A stretch of 37,376 bases of DNA from a virus. The stretch's first letter is position 1, and the number at the start of each line of letters is the position of its first letter. The stretch lies in UHGV virus genome UHGV-0029172. One strand, written 5' to 3'. This document shows positions 1 through 11,132 of the stretch, piece after piece. Under the pieces are notes generated by a model, which had not been told where the DNA came from, searched no databases, and saw nothing but the letters and a program-made list of their open reading frames with translations. A program made the position numbers and the translations under genes.

Positions 1-15
1 TCCTGTTTTCAAAGG

Positions 16-1284
16 TTATTGATTAAATGCGGCGTGTAAGGCATCCACACTACGTGCCGCTCGCAGCGTGCGTCCGGGGTTACTCTGGCTTGCCAACAGC
101 GTTTGTACCTTGCTGACAATATGCGCACCAATAGGAATTGCTGATGTCGCTGCCGGGGAGGGCGCATTGCAGGTGTGGATCGTGCGCGGGGTGGTGACAA
201 ACAGAAAATCGTCAATCAGCTTGCCGTCCGGCGATACCGCCTGCGCCCGCACACCGGCGGGCCAGGGCTGGAGATCGCTTAACGAAAGCCGGGGACAATA
301 CTTTTGCACCAGCCGCAGATAGCCGCTTTTGCACAGCGAGTTTTTCATCTCGCCCAGTCCTGAGCGTAGATGGTTTTGCAGCACCCGGCGAATCCCCGAC
401 GAGCCCAAAATTTCCAGCGTGTCGCTAAACGAGAAGTCGCGCTTGTGGTAGCCTTCGCGTTTAAAAGCCAGCACCGCGTTTGGCCCGACGGTCACGCTGC
501 CATCGATCATTCGGGTGAGATGCACGCCCAAAAATGGCATCGCGGGGTCGGGAATGGGGTAAATCAGGTGGTTAACAATCTGGTTATGCTCCGGCGCAAG
601 GCGGAAATACTCACCACGGAACGGGCAGATGATAAAGCCCGGTTCGAGTCCGAGCATTTTCACCAGCCGGTCAGCCATCAGCCCGGAACAGCTAATCAGC
701 GTCGATGCTTCATATTCGCCGCCCTGGCGGGTACGTATCACCACGCCGTTTTTATGCTCACTGAGGCCGCTGACTTCGGCGTTATAGATAATCTCGCCGC
801 CTCTGGCCTGGAAAATTTTTGCCATCGCCGCCGTTACTTCGCGGTAGCTGACAATGCCGCTGGACGGCACAAAAATACCGCCAAGCCCGGTGATATTCGG
901 TTCGCGCTCGCGCAGTTCATCGGCGTTTAACCACTCGCGCTCGATACCGTTTGCCGCCGTGCGTTCCCACAACGCGCGCATCCGTTCCATTTCGAGTTCA
1001 GAGGTGGCGACCAGCATCTTGCCGCAGTTGTCATAGCGAATGCCGTTTTGATCGCAAAAGGCTTTAGTGGCGCGGTTTCCCGCCAGGCAAAACTGTGCCT
1101 TCAGGCTACCGGGCGTGTAATAAACCCCGGCATGGATCACGCCGCTGTTGTGGCCCGTCTGGTGACAGGCCGGGCCGGACTCTTTTTCCAGCAACGCAAT
1201 GCGGGCGTCCGGATAGACATCAATCAGTTGCATGGCGGTCGACATGCCGATGATGCCGCCGCCAATAATCACAAAATCATACAT
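16..1284 (-). CDS. lhgO: L-2-hydroxyglutarate oxidase/dehydrogenase (FAD-dependent), LhgO/YgaF-like
   Basis: ORF 16..1350; start moved to in-frame ATG (1282-1284) giving MYDFVIIGGGIIG (FAD-binding GxGxxG motif), preceded by AAGGA RBS; 422 aa; directly downstream of csiD as in the E. coli csiD-lhgO-gabDTP operon (recalled). Confidence 0.85.
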   Translation of the reverse strand: MYDFVIIGGGIIGMSTAMQLIDVYPDARIALLEKESGPACHQTGHNSGVIHAGVYYTPGSLKAQFCLAGNRATKAFCDQNGIRYDNCGKMLVATSELEMERMRALWERTAANGIEREWLNADELREREPNITGLGGIFVPSSGIVSYREVTAAMAKIFQARGGEIIYNAEVSGLSEHKNGVVIRTRQGGEYEASTLISCSGLMADRLVKMLGLEPGFIICPFRGEYFRLAPEHNQIVNHLIYPIPDPAMPFLGVHLTRMIDGSVTVGPNAVLAFKREGYHKRDFSFSDTLEILGSSGIRRVLQNHLRSGLGEMKNSLCKSGYLRLVQKYCPRLSLSDLQPWPAGVRAQAVSPDGKLIDDFLFVTTPRTIHTCNAPSPAATSAIPIGAHIVSKVQTLLASQSNPGRTLRAARSVDALHAAFNQ

Positions 1285-1303
1285 CCGCTCAATTCCTTTG
1301 CGC

Positions 1304-2460
<1,157 letters not shown>

Positions 2461-2616
2461 GAAATGAATAACTAAAGCAACAGGTTAGGGGGAGTTAACA
2501 TTAGAGAACAGATTATCTGGTCGATAAAAAACAGTAAATGGCTTCACTGCAAAATGACCGTTAGTAAACTAAACATATTATCTGCCCCGTTTTATCGGGG
2601 CAGATATAACATTAAA

Positions 2617-4869
2617 TTATAAATAGAGATAGTTCGGCGGTTCTCCTGTTTTCCCTAAAAGAAGAGCGCTACGCCCAGGAATATTGATATTTAGAGTTCC
2701 GCCTCTAAGCGTAAATACTTTACCAGGGGGGATAATTTTTCGGGTATTATTAATAATAATGTTAACGCTATTACTCCCCATGTTTTTGTATATTCCAGGT
2801 TGCAATTTGTTAGGCCAGGTACCTTCAACTTCTTCGTTTCCTTTATTTATTATAACTAGTCCATCATGAGGAGAGTGATTAATGTTCACAGAATCCCCAC
2901 GACTAAAGGCCAGAACGTTTTTAGTTGCAGATACACCCTCAAATGCGCTCCATATTCCTGCTTTATCTATATATAATGCGTGGAATTCATTGTAGAGCTG
3001 CTGATAGGTAGAGCAACCTTTATTAAGCTACGCCTCACCGCCGACACGCGTGGACCCATCATAATTTTTAATTTCAGTCGTTGATTTTAATACTTGGCCA
3101 TCCCAGTAAACTAAAGGCCTGCTGAACGGCAGAGCGGCTATATATGCCATTGCTAATTGTTCATCTTGTTGATGGTTAAATAGAAAGTCATTGAAAAGAT
3201 TACCATTGTTAGGAAAATCGTGGTTAATGTTAATCAATATCCGTCTTTCTGATGGGATACTTGAGATTGTGGAACCCGGTTTTGATGCAAGGGTTTGAAG
3301 ATCTCCACCAAATGAAAAGGCTTTTATCGTTTTCATGAGCAATGAAAAATCAATGGCGCTTAAATCATCTCTTTCATAAAGCAGTGATGACATTTGTTGT
3401 TCATCCAACTGACAAGTTACCAGATATTCCATGTAATTCATAACGGCTTTTTTATGATATTTTGGGTTAAATAAGTTAGTATTGTGTAACCGCTCATTAT
3501 AATTTTTAAGCGGTGGGGTTATTGATCTTTCTATTTGTTCATGTTTTGAGTGTTTTGCCGCATCATAACGTAAACCTCGTACGCCATATTTTCGCATTTC
3601 ACGAACGTATTGATTTTGCAACATAATAACCTGGTCACTTTTGGGTGTTGTTTTAGGCATTCCATTTAAACGCTTTTCTTTTAATGCATGGAGGTTTTCC
3701 CATTCATCCTTAGAGATGTTATCTTTACTTGCTTCGAAGTCTTTTGCAGTGAGATGTATATCTTCTGGATGGATTTGTTTACGTTCTTTTGTTACTGGAT
3801 CTTTAATGAATGGAATCAAAACCTGACCTTGCTAATAGCCAGGGATACCACCTTCTATATCTTTACTGATCTTCGCTCGTATATCAGCAGAGGGATAATC
3901 CAGGTCATTTTTACCACTACCCCCAATTCCCATAAAGTTAAAGGTATAATCAGGAATGATATCGATACCAAATTTTTTAGCATCTTTAACCAATGCAATA
4001 AAATCCTGCAAATCTCCCATTGGATTATGGATGGTACAAAGATCTTCGGGTTGATAAGCATGAAACCAGTAACCCTTTTCTTCTTCGGGAGTTTCTGGTC
4101 CGTCGGCGCGGAAAGTTGTCACTGGAGGGATTTGTATATACCCATAATGGCAACGTGCAAATTCAGACATATTTTCTCTGATCTGCTGGTAGGTGGCATT
4201 AAAAGCATGAAGAATCGCTTCGCCAGGTTTTTTGGGGGTGATGATTTCACATTGTGATTTCTGAACAGCAGTAAGAGATTTACGCTCAAGTGTTTGCCGT
4301 AGATGTTCTAGATTGATTAATATTTTAAATGTTTCTTGCTGTCCGGAAGGTGACGTCACGTTAATATTATATACATCGGCTGCCAGCTCATAGTCAGGAA
4401 TGTTAATAGCATATGCAACATATTTATCTTTTGGGGAAGGTTTGTCAGATATAATGTGGGTGAAATGTTCAGCACGACCATACTGATAAACACCGCTGTT
4501 ATCACCTCTTTCAATCATTGTATCTCGTTGATAAACCTATGTTTTTCTTTCTCCTATCCTGTCTGGCGCTGTAATGCTACGCTGTGCTGCTTTATTCAAC
4601 TCTCGGTAAGTTGTATCTGGAGAAAGGGAAATTTTATAATCGTTTTTTAACAGATCATTAATAACTTTTTCTGCGTGAAAAGTTGATATAATTTCTCTGT
4701 CTTTTAATCCTTGAGGGTAAACTCCACAAGAATTAATAATATTTGTTATACAGTTTAGATATTCTAATGTATTTAATTTGGAATTTAGATCCCCGTCAGT
4801 AATGTTCCATGATAACAATGTGGGGTTGTCGATAGGTAAATTTCTGGATCCTGGTTTTATAGAAAACAT
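2617..4869 (-). pseudogene. ygaQ: ygaQ-like gene disrupted by three in-frame amber (TAG) codons (at 3028-3030, 3832-3834, 4537-4539)
   Basis: Four track ORFs (4537..4869, 3832..4518, 3028..3819, 2617..2889) all lie in the same minus-strand frame (coordinates congruent mod 3); no other stop seen between 2890 and 3027; E. coli K-12 ygaQ is a multi-fragment pseudogene at this position next to csiD (recalled). Confidence 0.7.
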
Positions 4870-5428
4870 AATAAAGTTCCTCTAATGGTAGAGTAATATG
4901 ATGTATACGGAAGCATAAAAATGTTTAATTGTTGTGAAAGTAATTGCAAACAGATGTCCTACTTTTATCCAATATTTATATGGAAAAGGATAATGCTTAA
5001 ATCTGTTTTATTAATTATCGATGTGGTCTGGAGAGGCAACTGTCAAAAATCGCTCATACGAAACTAATGATTAGCAGAATAAGATCTATGAAAGAATATA
5101 TTGCTATACGAAGTTTATTTTTATGGAGTGAAAAGTAACAGATATCATAATGATGCGAAAACTCTTCAGCTAATGTAATAAAGTTATATTATTAGATACA
5201 AAATCATTACAAAGTATCATTGAATCGATGATAACTATAGATAGTGCTAATTATTAACATTTGCTTGTTGACTGCGAGTATCGACTTTGCGAATGGAGGC
5301 GGTGTCGGGTTTTATGTCGCGTGTAATCACGACCCAAGGTGAATGGGAACGCATAAAAATCTGTTATTTACATCATATGATCATCATGTTTATTGCGTGG
5401 TTTATAAGTATTGTTATTGCACACTCAA

Positions 5429-5507
5429 GGCCCTTTAGCTCAGTGGTTAGAGCAGGCGACTCATAATCGCTTGGTCGCTGGTTCAAGTCCAGCAGGGGGG
5501 GGCACCA
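5429..5507 (+). tRNA. tRNA-Ile(CAU) (ileX/ileY-type) copy at the attL junction; 5' 65 nt canonical, 3' acceptor strand replaced by prophage-derived AGGGGGGGGCACCA
   Basis: GGCCCTTTAGCTCAGTGGTTAGAGCAGGCGACTCATAATCGCTTGGTCGCTGGTTCAAGTCCAGC read directly; D-, anticodon- (CAT at 5462-5464) and T-arms intact and near-identical to recalled E. coli tRNA-Ile2; 3' end does not pair with 5' GGCCCTT. Confidence 0.7.
5459..5494. repeat. attL core (36-bp direct repeat ACTCATAATCGCTTGGTCGCTGGTTCAAGTCCAGCA)
   Basis: Identical 36-mer at 5459-5494 and 36696-36731; sequence diverges on both sides. Confidence 0.85.
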
Positions 5508-5534
5508 AATTTAAGCAGTAAATACATACAGTTA

Positions 5535-5559
5535 GGCCACTCTCGCGAGTGGCCTTTTT
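5535..5559 (+). terminator. intrinsic terminator (8-bp perfect stem GGCCACTC/GAGTGGCC, 4-nt loop, TTTTT)
   Basis: Read directly: ggccactctcgcgagtggccttttt downstream of the tRNA copy. Confidence 0.6.
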
Positions 5560-5625
5560 GTTACCTCGCTTTCGAGTGGCGATAGAATGGCGGTGGATTT
5601 TTTACCGCCACTTTGCTGAGGGCAT

Positions 5626-5647
5626 AAAAAAACCCGCACGCAGCGGG
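5626..5647 (-). terminator. intrinsic terminator downstream of B/ogr (stem CCCGC/GCGGG followed by T7 on minus strand)
   Basis: Plus strand aaaaaaacccgcacgcagcggg; on minus strand hairpin then UUUUUUU, 18 nt past the B stop. Confidence 0.55.
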
Positions 5648-5664
5648 CATTTAGCGGAAATTTA

Positions 5665-5883
5665 TCAGAGCCACAATGGCCGCTGACCACCGACAGTCGG
5701 GTGCGGCGGTGCCGGGTCAATGACTCCCGGAGTAACAATAAAGCGCTCTATCGTTTCCATTGTCATAAACGTGCAACTACAGTTGATATTCTGGCACTGG
5801 TGGTAGCGCACTTTCGTATTTTCTGTTAGATAGCGGCTTGTTCTCGCATGTGCGGCATGATGGCACTTCGGACAATGAAACAT
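5665..5883 (-). CDS. B: late gene transcriptional activator, Ogr/B zinc-finger family
   Basis: ORF 5665..5916 begins with TTG; start moved to ATG giving MFHCPKCHHAAHARTSRY...CQNINCSCTF (C4 zinc finger), 72 aa like P2 Ogr/186 B (recalled). Confidence 0.85.
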   Translation of the reverse strand: MFHCPKCHHAAHARTSRYLTENTKVRYHQCQNINCSCTFMTMETIERFIVTPGVIDPAPPHPTVGGQRPLWL

Positions 5884-5950
5884 AACCCACCCCATTATTC
5901 TCAATTCGTGAAACAATGATAATCATCAATTCACTTTTTGTGAATGCATT

Positions 5951-7120
5951 TTATTCATCATCCGATTCCGCGCTGTACTCAACATCAGAGAGTTTAACCT
6001 CAAGCTCTAAGCCCGTCGTGAAGCCGCCACCGTTCAGATTGTGAGTCACCTTACTGATTAACCATGATTGCTCGTCTATGACGCGCTTAAAGCCTGACAC
6101 GCGCACCGGTACCTCAGGGAATAAATCAGCCCTGCCAAGCGCCAGCGTAATTGAAAACTCCGCAACGCCTCGCTGCAGCTTATCCCACTTAGCCTGAGCG
6201 GCGCGCATCGCCTGCGCCTTAGAAGCGTAGACAGTCGTCAGCGCCAGCACGTTATCGGCCTCGCCGGCCATATACTCACCCTCGCGCGCCTCCGGCTCTT
6301 TTTTGGCCTTTGTCTTTTTGCTGACCGGCTTTGCTTTCGGGTGCTCCAGTGCGCGCAGGTGTTTCTCTTTTGGCTTACGTTTCAGCGTTACTTTCTGCTT
6401 TTGCGGTTTCGGGTCTTTGGTGTGCAACCATTTTGCCGTTACGCCGGTATAAGCCCCACGGTCAGCAATGGCAAACTGGTGACGGTCGCCATCGCTGCGG
6501 GTCAGCGTCATTTGCGGGACGGGTTTACCGCTGGCCGTCATCGCACTACCGGCTTTCAGAAACAGGAGTTTCCCCGCTTTCACTGACACCGCTGCCCCAT
6601 TGCGGTCAGCCAGCCGGGTCAGAAATACGGCGTCGGACTCCTGCGACTGGTCGATATGCGGCACCGGTATTTTTTTCAGTGAATCCGCGACACTGGCCGT
6701 CAGTTTATTGCGCTTTGCAATGGTGCTGACCAGCTCACCGAGGGTGGTGTCGTGCCACGATTCTTCACGCCGTGAATTGAGCGTTCCGCGAAAGTCTGCA
6801 CTACGCGCCCGGATGGTCAGGGTATCAGGCGCGCCCCGATGCTCAATCTCATCGACCGTGAAATCGCCCTTATTCAGAAGCGCGGAACCCTGCCACCCAA
6901 GCCACAGCGTGAGCACCGCCCCGCGCAGGGGTAACTCGACTTTGCCGTCAGTGTCGTCGAGCTCAATGTCGAGCTGGTCAGCCTCAAAACCCCGATTGTC
7001 GGTCATGGTAAGAGAAATCAGCCGGTCGCTAAAATTGCTGGTAATGTCCTGGCTGTTCAGTGTCAGCATAAACGCCGGTGCAAGGCTGGTACCGGCATCA
7101 ATAGTCATACCCGTAATCAT
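5951..7120 (-). CDS. D: tail protein D (late control D family)
   Basis: 389-aa ORF, position and size as P2 gpD; ATGA overlap with U stop. Confidence 0.85.
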   Translation of the reverse strand: MITGMTIDAGTSLAPAFMLTLNSQDITSNFSDRLISLTMTDNRGFEADQLDIELDDTDGKVELPLRGAVLTLWLGWQGSALLNKGDFTVDEIEHRGAPDTLTIRARSADFRGTLNSRREESWHDTTLGELVSTIAKRNKLTASVADSLKKIPVPHIDQSQESDAVFLTRLADRNGAAVSVKAGKLLFLKAGSAMTASGKPVPQMTLTRSDGDRHQFAIADRGAYTGVTAKWLHTKDPKPQKQKVTLKRKPKEKHLRALEHPKAKPVSKKTKAKKEPEAREGEYMAGEADNVLALTTVYASKAQAMRAAQAKWDKLQRGVAEFSITLALGRADLFPEVPVRVSGFKRVIDEQSWLISKVTHNLNGGGFTTGLELEVKLSDVEYSAESDDE

Positions 7121-7602
7121 GCTGTCAGCCCTCCGAGCGCACCCTGCAGCTTATCAGTGAGATTACCGGCAGAGCCGAGAAGCTCGCTGGCCTGCTTATT
7201 CAGGTCGCCAAACATTGCCGTCAGTGATTCGTCGACCCGTTTCAGCGAAAGGGTGAAATCAATCTTTCTGGCCGCGCCGTCGCTGAAAAACTCAGCATGC
7301 GTGGTCGACACCTTATCGACGATATACATCCCGAAGATATTGCCGGTTCCCTCAATAAGCGGCCATGCTCTGCCCTCGTCGGCCATCAGCTCAACAGCCA
7401 GCAGGGATATTCGACCGCCGGTAATAGCAGGGTAAAGCGTACCGGCAAGCTGGATCGAGTTCTCCCCCTCGCCGAGAAATTGATATGCAGGAGGTTTACC
7501 GACCCGGTCATTAGACGCCCAGCGATAATCTTTCGAGTGTTGCATCGACTGATAAGGCAGGGTGCGGCGTTCAAACACAAACATTCCAAGCGCAAGCATC
7601 AT
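7117..7602 (-). CDS. U: tail protein U
   Basis: 161-aa ORF between T and D as in P2. Confidence 0.85.
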   Translation of the reverse strand: MMLALGMFVFERRTLPYQSMQHSKDYRWASNDRVGKPPAYQFLGEGENSIQLAGTLYPAITGGRISLLAVELMADEGRAWPLIEGTGNIFGMYIVDKVSTTHAEFFSDGAARKIDFTLSLKRVDESLTAMFGDLNKQASELLGSAGNLTDKLQGALGGLTA

Positions 7603-7614
7603 CGTTTATTCCTC

Positions 7615-10056
7615 TCAGTCATGGCCCATACTGGCACGCTGACGCGCACGCTTTTCGCGCTCAATCTGTTCGAGCGTGTCGCGTAGCTGTCTGTCAAGCT
7701 GATGCCCCGGCGCAACACCTCCCGGCAGAGTGATGTTGTATTCGCTTTTGCTCTGGTCAATGTAAGAGCGCCCCGCCGGTGCGGTAACTGGCTGATAAGC
7801 CTGATAGCCGCCATATGTGTTGGTTGCCGGGATGTAGGAATTACCCTGCGTGGCGGCGTTGGTTTTGGCGGCAGTCTGGTCGAGGCTGTCCGATTCTTTG
7901 TTGATGATGCCGAGTTTTTCGAGAAGCCAGTCGACACCGCTGCGCAGCTTGTTAAAAACATTGAGCGGAGCCATCAAGGCAGAGGCCAGTGCCTGACCAA
8001 AAATAACGCCGACATTTTTGCAGCTATCAAGCGTCTCCTGCGTGGCCTTGACCGGTGCAATCAGGTCTTTAAACCATTGCCAGACGCCGCGCAGCTTCTC
8101 ACCGATGCCGTCAAAAATGGGTGCCAGTGGAGCGAACATTTCCCCGACCGGTGCAAAGGCGCTCATGATGCCCTCAATCACCCCCGAGAAAAATGCGCTG
8201 ATGGGCTCCCAATATTTGCGGATGAGTAGAGCCCCGGCCACAATCGCCGCACCGACGGCCACAATCGGCCAGGTAATCGCACCGAGCGCTGTCACAATGG
8301 CACTACCAGCGACAGTAAATACCGTACCCAACACGCCAGCAGCGGCGATAATGGCGTTAATCCCCATGACAACCGGCCACGCAACGAGACCAATGCCGCC
8401 GATGATACCAATCAGCGCCAGCGCGCCACCGGCGATGATGCCGATAGTTGTCGCCAGCCCTTTGTTTTTCTGGATCCAGCCGTTGAGCTTTAACACATAC
8501 TGCGTGGCGGTTTGGGTGAGTTTGCGCAGCGAGCCCTCTTGCTGGTCAAAAAGGTCGGTACCGACCGCCTCATATGCAGACTGAAACTCTTTAAAATCAC
8601 CGCCGAGGTTATCCTGCATAACCTTAACCAGTTCCTCGGTTTTGCCGTCTGACGCTTTCAGCGCGGCGGTTAGCTGGTCGAGCTTGCCGCTGGCCGCTGC
8701 AGCCATCAGCACATTAGCCGATGAGCTGGCTTCCTCGCCGAATATCGTTTTCATGTATTCGGCTTGCTGCCCCGTACCGAGATTGTTGCGCTTAAAGCTG
8801 GCCTGCATTTCTTTCAGGATGGTAAATATCGGGCGCGTATTGCCTTTGTTGTCTGAGGTTTTGACGCCCAGCTCTTTGAGGGCATCCCATGCCTTGCCGG
8901 TCGGAGCCTGTAGGCGACTTAATACTGCACGGCTCCCGGTACCGGCCATCGAGCCTGTGATTTTTGCATCATGCAGAGCACCCACTATTGCGGCGGTTTC
9001 TTCAATGCTGACACCTGCATTTTTTGCCACCGGCGCGGCATAGGTCATCGCATCACTGAGGCCGTCAAAGTCGGCGGCTGTTTTGTTCATCACCGTAGAC
9101 AGTACATCGCCAATATGCGAAACCTTGTCATTGGAAAGCTGGAACGCAGAGCGCATTCCCATCAGTAACGCGGCGTTTTCCTCCATTGTGCGACGGTTAG
9201 CAAGCGCCATATTCAGAGTGACTGGCGTTGTTGCCTGAATCGCAGCGGCATCACCACCACCTTTTGCGATAATAATCTGCGCACTGGCAGCATCGTCGGC
9301 AGAGGCGGCAGTATTGTCGCCGAGCTGGCGCGCCTGTTTGCGTAGCGCCTGCATTTCTGGCGACTGCTTATCGACTCCGAGCACAGCCTGCAGTTCGGAA
9401 TTTTTCTGCGCAAAGTCATAACCGGGCATCAGTAATTTAACCCCGGCCATCGTTCCCGCTGTCGCGATACCGACCCCGGCAGCACCGGCTGCGGCCATGT
9501 TACCGGCAAGCTCTTTACCTGATTTATATCGCTCTTTCACCCGGCTTAATTTCGCCTGCTGCGCACTGACGCGCGCCAGTGCCTCGCGCTGTCGATTAAG
9601 CTGCGCCGTCGTTTCGCTGATAGAGGTTTTGAGCCGACGCTCATCGGCAGACAGGGTGCGGGTATTAATACCGGCCTGCATCAGCTCGGAGCGCTGGCGC
9701 TGTACCGACGTTCTTAGGCTGTTGTATTTAGTCTGCAGCTCAGAGGCAGCACGCTTTGCCGCTTCGAGTGCCTGCGCCTGCGCGCGGGTCGGACTGGTGG
9801 TGTTTTTAAACTGCACGGCCAGTTCACCGGCCTCGCGTTTCGCTTTCTCAAGCGACTGACTGGTTACGGCCAGTTGCGCGCTTGCCTTACGAAAGCCATC
9901 GATTTTCGATGCCTGACCATTCAGGTCACGCAGCCCCTTTTGTGTGTCGCGAATATCCCCCGACAGGGATTTACTCGCGGTCTGGATAGATTTAAGCGGT
10001 CGGGTTGCCTGGTCTACCGCTTTCAGCAATACCTCAAGCCTCAAGTTATTACTCAT
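7615..10056 (-). CDS. T: tail tape measure protein
   Basis: 813-aa ORF, Ala/Gly-rich with coiled-coil and hydrophobic segments; ATG at 10054-10056 overlapped by E' stop. Confidence 0.9.
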   Translation of the reverse strand: MSNNLRLEVLLKAVDQATRPLKSIQTASKSLSGDIRDTQKGLRDLNGQASKIDGFRKASAQLAVTSQSLEKAKREAGELAVQFKNTTSPTRAQAQALEAAKRAASELQTKYNSLRTSVQRQRSELMQAGINTRTLSADERRLKTSISETTAQLNRQREALARVSAQQAKLSRVKERYKSGKELAGNMAAAGAAGVGIATAGTMAGVKLLMPGYDFAQKNSELQAVLGVDKQSPEMQALRKQARQLGDNTAASADDAASAQIIIAKGGGDAAAIQATTPVTLNMALANRRTMEENAALLMGMRSAFQLSNDKVSHIGDVLSTVMNKTAADFDGLSDAMTYAAPVAKNAGVSIEETAAIVGALHDAKITGSMAGTGSRAVLSRLQAPTGKAWDALKELGVKTSDNKGNTRPIFTILKEMQASFKRNNLGTGQQAEYMKTIFGEEASSSANVLMAAAASGKLDQLTAALKASDGKTEELVKVMQDNLGGDFKEFQSAYEAVGTDLFDQQEGSLRKLTQTATQYVLKLNGWIQKNKGLATTIGIIAGGALALIGIIGGIGLVAWPVVMGINAIIAAAGVLGTVFTVAGSAIVTALGAITWPIVAVGAAIVAGALLIRKYWEPISAFFSGVIEGIMSAFAPVGEMFAPLAPIFDGIGEKLRGVWQWFKDLIAPVKATQETLDSCKNVGVIFGQALASALMAPLNVFNKLRSGVDWLLEKLGIINKESDSLDQTAAKTNAATQGNSYIPATNTYGGYQAYQPVTAPAGRSYIDQSKSEYNITLPGGVAPGHQLDRQLRDTLEQIEREKRARQRASMGHD

Positions 10057-10536
10057 TGTGGTTTCCGCTACGCTGTAGCGCCTTTTTGCGCCATGTGATG
10101 AGCTCGGTCAGGCTCAGGGAGTACAGCTCTGATGGCGGCCAGTGGAATATCACTGCGATATCCGCCATCAGGTCATCGGTCGACAGGTCGGGCGGAAAAT
10201 CTACTCCACCGAAGCCGGTGACAAAAAACCAATCACCTTAGCGGCCAGCGATAACATGTCGGGCAGGTTCATCGCGGTTAGTTCCTGCGTGGTGAGCGCG
10301 GGATAGGTCATGCGGGGCAGTACTTTAATCAGCGCATCGACTTCGGACTGCGCCACCGCCGCCAGACTGACACCGCGCAGGGTACCGGCGTTCGGCTCAA
10401 TCAGGGTAACTTTATCAATCGTCTGACCGGCACGCTTAATCGGCTTGTCGAGGGTCACGACGTTCGGGTTTACAGTGTCAATTTGATTGCCATCCGTATC
10501 AACAAATTCAGCGGTTTTACGTGGTGCTTTTGCCAT
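10049..10536 (-). CDS. E': tail assembly chaperone E+E' (programmed -1 frameshift fusion)
   Basis: Slippery heptamer T_TTT_TTG on minus strand (plus 10222-10228); -1 frame stays open for 53 codons to TAA at 10049-10051, overlapping the T start. Confidence 0.65.
10201..10536 (-). CDS. E: tail assembly chaperone E
   Basis: 111-aa ORF upstream of T; ends ...GFLSPASVE; contains slippery TTTTTTG near 3' end. Confidence 0.8.
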   Translation of the reverse strand: MAKAPRKTAEFVDTDGNQIDTVNPNVVTLDKPIKRAGQTIDKVTLIEPNAGTLRGVSLAAVAQSEVDALIKVLPRMTYPALTTQELTAMNLPDMLSLAAKVIGFLSPASVE

Positions 10537-10598
10537 GATGTTTTTCTCTGCTCTAAAAGGAGTTAATAACCGGCCAGCAGTGCTGACCGGTCAGGGAA

Positions 10599-11117
10599 TT
10601 ACAGCCCGATTGCGCGGCGGTGCTGTTCCAGACGGTCAACACCGTTCACCTTCTCGACCATGTTGACGGTGTCGATTTCGATGACATCGCTACCATCAAT
10701 CGTGAGGCGATAATAGGTGCAAACGGTCGACAGTTTAGTCGAGGTGTTTTCACCCTGTTTATTTTCGCCGCCGTCGATTTCTTTGTGACGGCCACGCATG
10801 ACCACCTCGACCGCGATGATTTCGCCGGTGTCGTCGCGCTGGTAGGATCCAGCAAAACGCAGCGGCACGGCGTCAGCTCCCGGCGCGGCGTACTGCGCCC
10901 ACAGCGCCACATCGGGCAGACCACCGACAGACCACTCGACGGTGAGCGCATCGTCGTCGAGACCGAGGTCACTCGCCGCAGCACCATTCATGCCGCCGCC
11001 GCGATAGTTTTCGAGCTTGCGGGTCAGCTTCGGCAGCGTCACGGATTCAACAACGCCCATGTAGCTAAGGCCGTCGTTAAACATGTTCAAATATTTGAGT
11101 TTGCGGGGTAGTGCCAT
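10599..11117 (-). CDS. FII: tail tube protein FII
   Basis: 172-aa ORF, size/position as P2 FII. Confidence 0.85.
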   Translation of the reverse strand: MALPRKLKYLNMFNDGLSYMGVVESVTLPKLTRKLENYRGGGMNGAAASDLGLDDDALTVEWSVGGLPDVALWAQYAAPGADAVPLRFAGSYQRDDTGEIIAVEVVMRGRHKEIDGGENKQGENTSTKLSTVCTYYRLTIDGSDVIEIDTVNMVEKVNGVDRLEQHRRAIGL

Positions 11118-11132
11118 GTTGTTTCAGGCTCC

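Noticed and set aside
2617-4869. Treating the four ygaQ-frame ORFs as four separate genes
   Set aside because: All four share one frame and are separated only by single TAG codons; one interrupted gene explains them better.
5532-5738. 68-aa minus-strand ORF between the tRNA and B
   Set aside because: Overlaps the B/ogr 3' end and spans two terminator hairpins; no RBS; likely spurious.
7702-9859. Plus-strand ORFs (7702..8229, 8018..8584, 8642..9043, 9497..9859) inside the tape-measure gene
   Set aside because: They lie antisense within a long, well-supported minus-strand gene of high G+C; no RBS or operon context. Typical shadow ORFs.
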